Of a DNA stretch of 64,000 nt, positions 13,601-25,360 are shown piece by piece. The translations under genes and the position numbers were made by a program. The stretch covers positions 186,001 through 250,000 of the forward strand of contig JBODTK010000143.1 in the NCBI GenBank assembly GCA_050613775.1. Direction: 5' to 3'. The notes below the pieces were generated by a model. The model was not told the origin of the DNA. It searched no databases and saw nothing but the letters and a program-made list of their open reading frames with translations. The first letter of the stretch is position 1; each line of letters begins with the position of its first letter. This DNA comes from Neocallimastix sp. 'constans'. Its lineage: Eukaryota.

Positions 13601-16105
13601 TTACATTATACCACACCAATTATTATTTTCAACACCCCAATAGCCATTAGAATCAGCATAGCTAATTATTGTATAATTTTGACAACATGGAAAACCTAAT
13701 GGTTCAGACCAGCATTTCTCATATTTTGGAATCATAAAACAGTAATTTCCATTTTCTATACCCCAATTACCATCTTTATCGGTGGTGTCAATTTTATCTG
13801 TCTTATAACAACATGGATAATCTAATATTTTATTATAACATTTTTTGTTACATTCCTTCATTAGATTCTTCTTATTGTTAAAGATCTTCTCTTTTATAGC
13901 AGAAGGTATTTTATAATATTTATTTTCATTGATGTAACCTCCATTTAAGTAGTTATAGAAATTTTGACATTTACTAGATTCAACAAATTTACATTTTTCT
14001 TTCTTTTCATCATCATTCATTTTAACAATAGAAGGGACAAAGCATTCGCTGTAGCTGTTAATATCGTTCATAAATAATTTATAATTTAAAATATTAACAT
14101 ATTTAAGATACTTTTCACGATCAAAATCGTCAATGAATCCAAAAGATTTATACTTTTTAGCAACCGTGCATACAGATTGATTAGAATAATGAAGTTTGTA
14201 GAATGCTTCACATTTATCCGTGGTATAAACTTTATATTTTTCATATAATTCTTTTTGGTTCATATCATCGCTGATATCAATGATACATTCTTCATATTCC
14301 TTCAGTTCTTCTTTACATTCATTAATTGATTTTTCTATTGTAGTACAGTAGCCAAATTCACTTTGACAACGATTTTCTATGAGACAAGCATTCCATGGAT
14401 CGTTTTGGAAGGAAATACATTCTCCGTCCTTAGAGCAACATCCGTTAGAGCAGGATTTATCTTTACCACATTCTATATTTTTATTATCTGGTGAATAGAT
14501 ACTTTTTTTACCGTTATTTATGAAACGATTTGGAGTATCAGCAGATCCCATATACTTTAAATTGGTAATAGCCCCCTTAATAGACATATTAATTAAGGTC
14601 TCTCTCATTTTTTCATTATCATACTCTATCTCTGAATTTTCTGACATAATTAAAGCGGCAACACCAGCTACTAAAGGAGTGGAGCAAGAGGTACCTCTAG
14701 AAGAAGAATTTGCTGTGGTAGATCCACCCTCTAAATTAGCATTGGTGGCAAAACCAGGAGCAAAAACATCGACACAATCACCATAATTTGAGAAAAAGGA
14801 TTTCATGTAGCCATGATTGTAAGTATTGGTATCTGTTGCCCCTACAGTGATAGCCTTACGATAGCCTGTGTAAGTGTAAAATGTTTTTTCGTCTTTCTTC
14901 GCACAACAATTGATATCTTCATTTGAGGCACAAACAATGACAATAATACCTTTCTCAATCAATTGACTGAGAATATCATCTATGGATTGTACATAATCAT
15001 TCCAGGCCAAGGACATACTAACAACAGTTTTATGTGGTTTTCCATGATCTAAAACATATCTTAAGGCTCTTAAATTTCCAATATTTGTATTATCATAAGC
15101 CAACATATGAATATTAGATTTTTTAGCAACACCATAAATAGCTCCTCCAGCTAAAGATGAGACCATAATACCGTGTTCTGGATAATCATTCGTCCCAATA
15201 CTACATGATCTTTTTTCTTCTCCTGATAACTCATCAATACCTTTTTCTCTACAAATGGCATCACAACTTATGGTTCGATTGTAAGGGGTTCCCTCATACG
15301 TATCAAAATCTTCATGATCAACCATTAAACCAACATCAATAATGAAAATATCAATACCTTTTCCTGCACTACTTGGATAATAATATGCATTATCAAAAGT
15401 ACTATTTTTATAATAGTATGGGGATTGAGATATCGAAGATAAATGATTAGGAGAGAATTTAACCTTTTGAACATTGACATCTGACCATCCCGTTTCTTTT
15501 TTAATAGCCTCAACATTATAATATTCAGAATTTTTTTTCTTATCGGTACTCATTTCTACACTTTTATAGGTTTGAAAGTCATCATTAAATTTCAATGCCT
15601 TACTTTTTTCACAGTATAATACATTATCCATATTACAAACAATTTTTGAAGTTTCTTCAGAAAGATAAGCACTAATACTGTAATAATTTAAAATAGGAGC
15701 AACATGGTTTACCAATTCTGATTCGAAAGGAATATATTCTAAAGTTGAATTATCTGCATTACTTAAGGAACGTTTACGTAAACTTTTATTAGCAAATAAA
15801 AATTTTTTTCTTTGATTATTACGTTTTTCTAAAGGAAGAGAATCCAGTTCCTCCAATTTACTATCTAATTCCCCATTTTCCAAAATATAAGAATCTCTTT
15901 TTTCTTCAATGACATTATAAATATCATTCATTCTTTCATTAACTAATTCATCAATTTTATTTTGAACTCTTTGACTTTCATCATCATAATTTTTATCTGT
16001 TTTTTTTCTTAAAATTGCAACCAAATAATAAGAATTTTCAGAATGAATCAAAGCAATGAAGTTAGATGATAAAAGAATTGCTAAAAATAAAAAGCAATTA
16101 TTCAT
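13601..16105 (-). CDS. Secreted S8 subtilisin-like protease with CBM18 and two C-terminal fungal dockerins (CBM10-type), 834 aa
   Basis: Signal peptide and prodomain. Triad motifs IIDVG, EHGIMVSS and GTSCSTP; oxyanion-hole CASN. Hevein-like CGKDKSCSNGCCSKDGEC..CQSEFGYC. Dockerins YPCC..DGNWGIENGNYC and CWSEPLGFPCC..WGVENNNWCGI. Confidence 0.93.
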   Translation of the reverse strand: MNNCFLFLAILLSSNFIALIHSENSYYLVAILRKKTDKNYDDESQRVQNKIDELVNERMNDIYNVIEEKRDSYILENGELDSKLEELDSLPLEKRNNQRKKFLFANKSLRKRSLSNADNSTLEYIPFESELVNHVAPILNYYSISAYLSEETSKIVCNMDNVLYCEKSKALKFNDDFQTYKSVEMSTDKKKNSEYYNVEAIKKETGWSDVNVQKVKFSPNHLSSISQSPYYYKNSTFDNAYYYPSSAGKGIDIFIIDVGLMVDHEDFDTYEGTPYNRTISCDAICREKGIDELSGEEKRSCSIGTNDYPEHGIMVSSLAGGAIYGVAKKSNIHMLAYDNTNIGNLRALRYVLDHGKPHKTVVSMSLAWNDYVQSIDDILSQLIEKGIIVIVCASNEDINCCAKKDEKTFYTYTGYRKAITVGATDTNTYNHGYMKSFFSNYGDCVDVFAPGFATNANLEGGSTTANSSSRGTSCSTPLVAGVAALIMSENSEIEYDNEKMRETLINMSIKGAITNLKYMGSADTPNRFINNGKKSIYSPDNKNIECGKDKSCSNGCCSKDGECISFQNDPWNACLIENRCQSEFGYCTTIEKSINECKEELKEYEECIIDISDDMNQKELYEKYKVYTTDKCEAFYKLHYSNQSVCTVAKKYKSFGFIDDFDREKYLKYVNILNYKLFMNDINSYSECFVPSIVKMNDDEKKEKCKFVESSKCQNFYNYLNGGYINENKYYKIPSAIKEKIFNNKKNLMKECNKKCYNKILDYPCCYKTDKIDTTDKDGNWGIENGNYCFMIPKYEKCWSEPLGFPCCQNYTIISYADSNGYWGVENNNWCGIM

Positions 16106-16145
16106 TTTTTATAATATATTTTATATTAAATTATTAAAATAATCC

Positions 16146-16199
<54 letters not shown>

Positions 16200-17519
16200 T
16201 AATTATTTAATTAATAATAATATCTAATTATTAATACTATTTTATTATCTAGTTTTATTTTACTTTTTTTTCTATTAAGTTTTATTTATTTATTTCTTTT
16301 TATTTTATTTTTTTCTTTTTTTTTTTTTTGCAAGGAAAAAAAAATAAAAAAAAAGAAGAAAGGTTCATATTTATATTACGAAAATAAAAAAAGGAAAAAA
16401 AAATTTTTTTTCAATAAATCTAAAACAAAGGAATATGAGTATTTCTTTAAAATAATTAATTTATTAAAAAAATAATAATAAAATAAAATAAAATAAAATT
16501 AAATATTAAAATACTAAAAAAAAATATTAATAAAAATAATATTAAAAATATTAAATAAAATATTAAAAAAAATATATTTATATTAAATAAAATTTAATTT
16601 ACTAAATTAGATAAAAAAAAAATAATAATAAAAACAAAAACAAACACAGAAAAACAAAAATGGTAAAAAAAAAAAAAGTTAAAAATGATATTGTAAATCC
16701 ATAAATCTAAATAATTAATTTTTGTTACACAAAAAAAAATTTTATTTTTCATGAATAATTATTAATGGGGAAGTTGCATTACGCCAATTTTTTTCACGTG
16801 ATATATATAAATTTGTGGCTATAGCTATATTATACTACATAATATTATTTTATTGTATTATTTTGTTATTTCAATTTTTAAATTAATTATTAAGTGAATA
16901 ATTAAATAAATCATATAATGGTTAGATTTTTTGATTTTAATTCTTTTTTTTAATAATAATTCTTTTATTTAAATGTTATTAAAAATATAAATATTATTAA
17001 TTATTTTACTTAAATGTTATTAATAAAAAAAACACATAAAAATATATATGTTATTAATAATAATTCTTTTACTTAAATGTTATTAAAAATATAAAACTAA
17101 TAATAATAATTTTTTTATTTAAATGTTATTAATAAAAAATTATATAAAATTACAAATGTTATTAAAAATATAAATTTTATTAATAATAATTCTTTTCTTT
17201 TAAAAATTATTAAGCGAAATAATAATTATAATGATAAAACTATAAATTATACATTGTATTTGAATATTTATTAAAACTGCATAAATTTAATATGCTTTAT
17301 AAATTAAATTATTGAATGACAGAATTCTGATTATTTCATTTGGTCATTCCTCATTTCTTAATTATTTATTATAAAGTAATATTTATATTATATTATTTAA
17401 ATTAGTTAAACAATCAAACCACAAATTAATAATTTTATTTCTATCACATTTAGCATCAATTAACTTGGCTTCAATACTTTTGAAGCGTTCAATTAAGACA
17501 CTGATTTCATTAGCTTTAT

Positions 17520-18806
17520 TTATTGCTCTTTTTTTATTTTCCAAATTCCTCTTATTTTTCTTTGATAATCATAATATGATAAATGTTCAAGTTCGTTTAA
17601 TTTATCTATTAATTCATAAAAAGATGGTTTTGTTGGAAATAAATTATTTAAATAATTATTGAGTGATTCTGAGGCATTGTTTGTTATATGTTCTATATTA
17701 TTATAATAATTCCAAATTTTTATATCATAATCAATTAAATATGTTTTATAAAAATATTCTAAAAATTTTAAAAATTGACAATAATTATTTTTAATGGATT
17801 TAATTTTAATTATAACATAAATATCAAATATATATTCAGGATTTATAAATGGTAAATTTGAAATAGCTTTATAATAAATAAATATATTATTATTATTTTT
17901 TACTTCATTATAGCATAATTTATTTTTTTTAATTTCTAGTGATTTTTTATAATGCCAAATGCAATATTTAATATTTGTATTAGGAAATATTGTTTTTGCT
18001 GCTTTAGATATGGCCCCTTCAAAATCACAATGCAAATTTTTTGGTTCAATTCTAATATTATTGTTACATGTATTAGCATTTTTTTTCAATTTTTCAAATA
18101 ACATTTTATATGTTTCTTGTTCTTTATTTTTTAATATTGCAAAAGAAGTAGTGTAAAAACTATCTAATTCTTTAGCATAAGTTCTTGTAATAAATACTTG
18201 ATAACTAAATTTAGGGGCAATAAAAAATGTACCATCAACAAATATATCATCATTATATTCCCTAAATAATTTTTCTTGAAAAGGGGATTGAAAAATTATT
18301 AAATTAGAATTTTTGAATATCATAAAATTTTCACCTCGCTTTGTTTTATAATATTCAGATTCACTTGGAATTTCAGCAAATGTTGTTACATTGGATGGTA
18401 GTTTTTTATTTAAATTTCTTGATATTTGGGATTTAATTGAATTATATTCTGGACATATAAGTCCCATTTCTTTAGAAATTTTATTATATAGGGGTTTTAT
18501 TTTTATACCAAAAGGAATTGAACTTTTTTCAATTCCATCTTTAATTTTATGTTTCATTATAGATAGGGATACATCGTATTCATTTTCAGGATGATTATGT
18601 GAACTATTATACTTTAAAATTTCTTTCTTATCATTTAAAATAATAAAAGATTTACATTTATTTATTTTTTTATATTCTGTACATTTATACACTTTGGAAT
18701 TATCTTTTCTTTTATATGAAAAATTAAATTTATATTTTTTATTAATAATAATTTGTTCTTTTCCTTTGTTGGATTCACTTATATCAATAATTAAATTTTC
18801 TTCCAT
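17520..18806 (-). CDS. MULE transposase (FLYWCH-like Zn finger plus DDE domain), probably frameshifted near the C terminus
   Basis: YKC..C..HNH N-terminal domain, FVDGTF, HCDFE, CIWHY (CxxH) and TNNASES. Confidence 0.92.
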   Translation of the reverse strand: MEENLIIDISESNKGKEQIIINKKYKFNFSYKRKDNSKVYKCTEYKKINKCKSFIILNDKKEILKYNSSHNHPENEYDVSLSIMKHKIKDGIEKSSIPFGIKIKPLYNKISKEMGLICPEYNSIKSQISRNLNKKLPSNVTTFAEIPSESEYYKTKRGENFMIFKNSNLIIFQSPFQEKLFREYNDDIFVDGTFFIAPKFSYQVFITRTYAKELDSFYTTSFAILKNKEQETYKMLFEKLKKNANTCNNNIRIEPKNLHCDFEGAISKAAKTIFPNTNIKYCIWHYKKSLEIKKNKLCYNEVKNNNNIFIYYKAISNLPFINPEYIFDIYVIIKIKSIKNNYCQFLKFLEYFYKTYLIDYDIKIWNYYNNIEHITNNASESLNNYLNNLFPTKPSFYELIDKLNELEHLSYYDYQRKIRGIWKIKKEQ

Positions 18807-19249
18807 TTCTATATTTTTATAAATATTTTTTAATTATATAATTATAATTATTATATTAATTATCCAATATTATTCGTAATATTAATTTTGAAAAATTAGT
18901 TTTTCAATTATTTGTAAAATAAATAAATAAATAAATAAAGAATGTAATAATATAAGTACAAGTATATAAAATAAAATAAATATTAAATGTAATATTATAA
19001 AAGTACAAGTATATATAATAAAATAAATATTTATTATTTTTTTTTTATTAAAGAATATTAAAGACAATTTATTTTTAAAAATAAAATGTTTTATTTAATT
19101 ATATATGTTAGAAAGCAAAAAATCATTTATATTTGATGAGATTATTAACTACCAATAATATTAAACTACATCATTAATTGAATATAATAAAAATGTAAAA
19201 AATTTTCATTTCGAAAACATTGATCTTTAATATTCTTTAATAAAAATTA

Positions 19250-20235
19250 ATAATAGATATTTATTTTATTTTATTTTATTTTATTTTATTCAATCTGTAC
19301 TTTATTTTTAATATTCTACTATTTATTTTATTTTATTCTATTTTATTTTATTTTTATTAATACTTTATTCTTTTATATTACTTCATATTTATATTTCTAT
19401 TATTTATTTTATTTTATTTTATTTTATTTTATTCAATCTGTACTTTCTATTTAACATTCTACTATTTATTTTATTTTATTTTATTTTATTTTATTTTATT
19501 TTATTTTATTTTATTTTATTTTATTTTATTTTATTTTATTTTATTTTATTTTATTTTATTTTATTTTATTTTATTTTATTTTATTTTATTTTATTTTATT
19601 TTATTTTATTTTATTTTATTTACATTTAATATTCTACTATTTATTTTATTTTATTTTATTTTATTTTATTTTATTCAATCTGTAATTTATATTCACATTC
19701 TACTATTTATTTTATTTTATTTTATTAAATACGTACTTTATATTCATATTCTACTATTTATTTTATTTTATTTTATTAAATATGTACTTTATATTCACAT
19801 TCTACTATTTATTTTATTTTATTTTATTAAATACGTACTTTATATTCATATTCTACTATTTATTTTATTTTATTTTATTCAATCTGTACTTTATATTTAA
19901 TATTCTACTATTTATTTTATTTTATTTTATTTTTATTAATACTTTATTCTTTTATATTACTTCACTATTTATTTTATTTTATTTAATTTTATTTTATTTT
20001 ATTTTATTTTATTTATTTTATTTTATTTTATTTATTTTATTTTATTTTATTTTATTCAATCTGTACTTTATATTCAATATTCTACTATTTATTTTATTTT
20101 ATTTTATTTTATTAAATATGTACTTTATATTCATATTCTACTATTTATTTTATTTTATTTTATATTATTTTATTTTATTCAATCTGTACTTTATATTCAA
20201 TATTCTACTATTTATTTTATTTTATTTTATTTTAT
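19250..20235. repeat. Internal repeat array of the MULE: (ATTTT)n with a recurring ~30-bp core
   Basis: Core CAATCTGTACTTTATATTYAATATTCTACTATTT recurs many times between ATTTT tracts. Confidence 0.85.
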
Positions 20236-21090
20236 ATATTTTTATTATTATATTCTTTATTATTTTATCTATTTATTTATTAATTTATACATTTATTTAT
20301 TTTAAAATTAATTGTATTATAATTTTTTATGGCGTTAACGAAAAATTTTACAAGCCATTAAAAATAAATGGCGTATTGAAAATTTGTATTTTAAAAATTG
20401 GCGAAATGAACCACATTCGTTTATTTATTAATAAATAAGATTAATATTTATATTTTTTTATTTATTTATTTATATTAAAATAAATTAATAAAAAAATAAA
20501 AACTTAACAAAATATAAAAAAAATAAATAAAAATTATATTTTATTTAAAATTAAAATTAAATTAAAATTACTTTATAAAATATAAAAAAAATATAAATTA
20601 AAATTAAATTAAATTAAAAAATAAATAAAAAAAGAATATTCTTTATTTCATTCATCTTTAATTTCATATTGTCATTATTAAATGATCTATAAAAATAAAT
20701 ATTGAAAAAATAAAGAATATATATAAAAAAAGGTTTTTTTTATATAATAATATTCAACTAAATAATTAATTATTATTATTTTAAAATAGTTTATAATTAA
20801 ATGGTATAATATAAATAATAAAAGATTTATAATAATTATTAACTATAGCATATAAAAATATATAAAATAATAAATTAAAACAGACTAAAATAAAGCAAAA
20901 CTTTATAAAATTTATAAATTATTTGCATATTTACGAGTGTGAGTCATTTCGAAAAGTTTCATTTCGTAAAATGTTTTTAAAAAGTTAATAAATAAATAAA
21001 TAATAAAACAAATAAATAATATATATGTTTTAAATAAATGACTAAATAAATAAATAACTAAATAAATAAAAAATAAATAAATAAAACTAT

Positions 21091-21592
21091 AATATATTTT
21101 AATTTATGAACACAATTAATCAGGCTCTTCTAAAATTACAATAAAGAAGAGTAGTTATTAGGAAATCTTTATTTATTTATAAAATATAACTATATAATTC
21201 TTAAAATGAAAATAAAAACAATAAAGTTAAATATAAAAGAATATAATTATATAATAAATATGAATAGAATAAATAATATCAAGTATATATATATTTAATT
21301 ATAATTAAAATAACTACAACTATTTCTTTAACTATAATTATGCATTTTTTATTATAATCTTTAAAATAAATAAGAATAAATAAGTTATATAATCATATTC
21401 TTATTATATATATTTAGAAGAAATTAACTATTTAATTTAATATTATAATTTATTATATAGATATGAATATTGATTAATATATGAATAAGAAATTATTTCA
21501 AATATTATTATTGACAGAAGAAATATTAAATTTAATATTTAATAATAATTAAATATACAAATATGTTAACTACACCTATTTGTTTTATATCA
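21091..21592. mobile_element. Solo-LTR-like element, copy 2 (5'-truncated)
   Basis: Same body as the other two copies. Ends TTTTATATCA, followed by ACAT. Confidence 0.7.
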
Positions 21593-21695
21593 ACATGATT
21601 AATTAATTATTTATTAATTTATTTTTATGTAATGATTAGCAAAATAATTTATTAATAATTAAGGTTTTTATTTTCATTTTATATTATAATAAAAA

Positions 21696-22116
21696 AGGGA
21701 TATTAATGAAATAAACAATCAATGATTATGTTTATGATACACCAAACATCAAAAAAAAAAAAAAAAAAAAAAAAACTTTTTATATGTTGGTAATTTTATA
21801 AAACAAAAATAAAAAAAAATTATTAAGGTTATTTTCAATACTTTCAACAAATAAACCATGGTCAACAATTTATTGACAACCGCAACAACAATAAGATAGT
21901 CAATATATTTTCGATTATCAATAACACTTAAAATTTATGGATTTCTACAGAGCCATGGCATTTGAACAAGATTAATCAAATTAATATTAATAAATTAAAT
22001 CAACAATATAAACAGGAAAATACCTGAAACGCTTAATATTTGAAACAGAAGATTAGTACATTTTAATACTAATCCAATAAGATATAAATTATTATTAAAA
22101 GACTGATATACTGATA

Positions 22117-22154
<38 letters not shown>

Positions 22155-23075
22155 AAAAAAAAAAAATTCCTTTCTTTGCATTCAGTTGAAATTTAAAAAC
22201 AAATTTATTCACAGAAACTTTCAACTAATTCTAATCATATAATTATTTGAATTAATTAATATGGATCTAGTTGAATCATTACCAGAATCTATTTATAGAT
22301 ATAAATATATTATCTTTCAGTTATTGATAATTTCTCTTTATTTAGTTGGGTTACCTTTTTTTTATTCTTTTAGAAAAAAAATAAATAAAATAAAATAAAT
22401 CAGATGAATTTTTATTTTTTACTATTTGGCTTATATGGTTCACTAAATTAAAACAAAAAAAAAAAATTTTTTTTTCTTCAACTTCTCTATGAAATATTTC
22501 GATTTTCTTAACCATATCATGAGTATAAGAAGTATGATTTAAAATTTGACTACTTCAGCCTATTCATTTTAAAAAAAAAAAATTGATCATCACCTTTTAG
22601 AATGGCCGTGGATTAAATTAAAAAGAAAAATTAGATAGTATCAACTTTATTTTATATACTATATATTATTATTCCATATGAATATAATAAAATTTTTCAT
22701 ACTTTCAAAAGTAACATTTTCAAGAAAAAAATAAATAAATAAATAAAATAATAATTTTACATTATAAAGTGATATCAGTTGCATATATTTTAACATATAT
22801 TAACAATATGTATATTTAATATTAAAATTATATAAATTTTTAATATTAATTCTTTTTATTTATTTATTTTTTTAACGGTAAAAAAAAAAATAATAATAAT
22901 TTCTTTCTTTCATTTTTTCTATTTTATTGAATATTTTATAGTATTTAATTAATTTAGAAAGAAATTTTGTTTGATCCTTTATTTCATTTTATTTGATTTT
23001 ATTTAGGTTAAATTATTTAAGTACTGTCCCTTAGCGGAATTTCTTTCTTCAATTTCTTAGTTAATCTTCTCAATC
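21696..23075. mobile_element. Insertion relative to duplicate copy A, with possible Ty3/Gypsy remnants
   Basis: Absent at position ~3810 of copy A. Only short motif traces (ILSTNKPWSTI on +, IDSG on -). Confidence 0.35.
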
Positions 23076-23940
23076 TTATCATTAATTAAACTGTATTTAG
23101 AAATAATATTCATATGAAAAAATCTAGGACGACACAACCAGTTAAACGAATGGCTTCTGGAGGAGAGGGATTTTGTTTATAAAAATTATTCTTTTAAGTA
23201 GTTATTAGAGGTATTTTATTAATGTTTTTCACAATGAAGAAGAAGGAAACAACAACAAATAATGGGTTACGATAGAATTCAGTCAAGAAATCAGTAATCT
23301 TAACAGAATAAGTTTGACTTTCTTCCACAACAACACATTCCTTAGTTTGACTGAAACAGAAAACAAGAATGATGAAACCGATGACAAAAAAAAATAGATA
23401 AAGTAGTGAACCAAGTCATTGGTACTTTTGGTAAAGTACTTTCTCCAGCTAGTAATGAAAACATATCTGGAAATTTAAATAATCCAACCTGGAATAGCAC
23501 TACCTAAAATAAAACTAGACTTGAAGAATAAATCAGTAATAGCATTAATAATAGCTTAAATTATACGATGGGTCTTCCCATTCAGCATAAGAAATAATTT
23601 ATGGAACAAGGGCCTATTGGTAACCAGTAGCAATACAAACATCAATAGATTTAATTAAATTACCAATATGATGCCATTAGTCATTGGTATTCATTCTATT
23701 CACAATATATAAAATAGTATTACCACAGACGACAATAGTTTTAGAAAACATAGAATACGTTCTTCTTAACCAATTAAATTCTTAATAGCTGGCATTAATG
23801 GGACAATACAAAGATTAGGAATGTTACCAAATAGGTTGAAAAGAATCTTATCCCATGGCAATTAGGGTATCACCAAAAATGGAAATGAAAAAAGAAAAAG
23901 TAAGTTGTATACGAAGAAACAATCAATGTTAGCACATCAT
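23075..23940 (-). pseudogene. GPH-family MFS sugar symporter pseudogene, longer copy
   Basis: GNIPNLCIVPLMPAIKNLIG-KKNVFYVF, IKSIDVCIATGYQ*ALVP*IISYAEW, AIINAITDLFFKSSFILGSAIPGW, PMTWFTTLSI..VFCFSQTKECVV..EFYRNPL and PEAIRLTGC. Confidence 0.78.
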
Positions 23941-24082
23941 GTACGAAAAGAAGAATTTACAAAAAAAAAAAAAAAAAAAAAAATAAAAAATATATATATA
24001 TTAATTTTATACATAGATTTATGTTTATATTTAAAAATCGACATTTTTTTCATTATTTAGTATTATTATTATTATTATTATA

Positions 24083-24116
<34 letters not shown>

Positions 24117-24160
24117 GTTGTTGTTACTGTTATTTGAATGATCTTTTTGTTTTATTTATT

Positions 24161-25307
24161 TTAATACAATATATTTTGTCTTATGATGTAATTTTCAATT
24201 AATTTTACGATTTCGATATTAATATTTTCTATTTGAATCACTTTCCATGGGTCATTTCCATTTTCATCCCTTTCATTCAAACTAATTTGATGATCAAGCA
24301 AAGTTCTAACAAAACCGGTATGGTTTAAATTTATCGAAAAAATTAACGGGGCAGAAATGAGTTCAATCTGATCATTCCTTTCATATCTGACTTTAATTTG
24401 TCGATTAATAAAAAATTTAATGAATAGTGGATTTCTTATTATTGTTTCTAGGAAATATTCATTTTTAAAAAGTTCATAATCTATGGTAGCCCCATTTTCA
24501 ATTAATAATTGATAGATGGGTTCATTGAATTTTAAATATTTTAACATATAAATGAATGGGGTATTGTTAAATTTATCTTTTATATTGATATCAACATGAT
24601 TTTCTAATAAATATCTGGCATTCTCATAATCTTCATTAAATATTAGGATCATCAAAGGAGTAAATTGATATTCACCATAAATTTCATTTATATCAATAAT
24701 ATCACTTGAAACAAGAACTTGGATCATTTCATTATTTCCCAAAATACATGCCATATGAAATTCAGGAATATCGGGATCATTCACATCTTTATATAAATTT
24801 AAATTATATCTTTCATTAATTATTATATTAGTAGTATCATCTTCATTTTTATTATTATTATTACTATTAATATAAAAATTATTGTTAACAAGATTAATAT
24901 TATCATTATTACAGTAGTTATTATTAAAGATGTTATTGTTATAATAATTATTATTAAAGATGCTATTATAATAATAGTTATTATTAAAGACATTATTGTA
25001 ATAATAATTATTAAAGAAATTATTCATATTAAAGTAATTATTATTAATGAGATGATTATTAATATCAAAATAATTATTATTAATGAGATGATTATTAATA
25101 CCAAAATAATTATTATTAATAAGATGATTATTAATACCAAAATAATTATTATTAATAAGATTATTATTATTATTATCAATGATATTATTATTATTATTAT
25201 TAACAATAATATTATTATTACCAATGATATTATTATTAACGAGATTATTATTATTATTAACGATATTATTATTAATGAGATTATTATTATTGTTGTTGTT
25301 GTCGTTG

Positions 25308-25360
<53 letters not shown>

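Larger units (their letters stand above)
16767..20418 (-). mobile_element. Mutator-like (MULE) DNA transposon, ~3.65 kb
   Basis: Imperfect terminal IRs: GGGGAAGTTGCATTACGCCAATTTT versus the right end read inward, GAATGTGGTTCATTTCGCCAATTTT. Homology to duplicate copy A stops and resumes at these ends. Internal transposase and repeat arrays. Confidence 0.8.

Noticed and set aside
19782..20438. 218-aa F/Y/I/L-rich ORF as a membrane protein
   Set aside because: Translation of the ATTTT repeat array inside the MULE.
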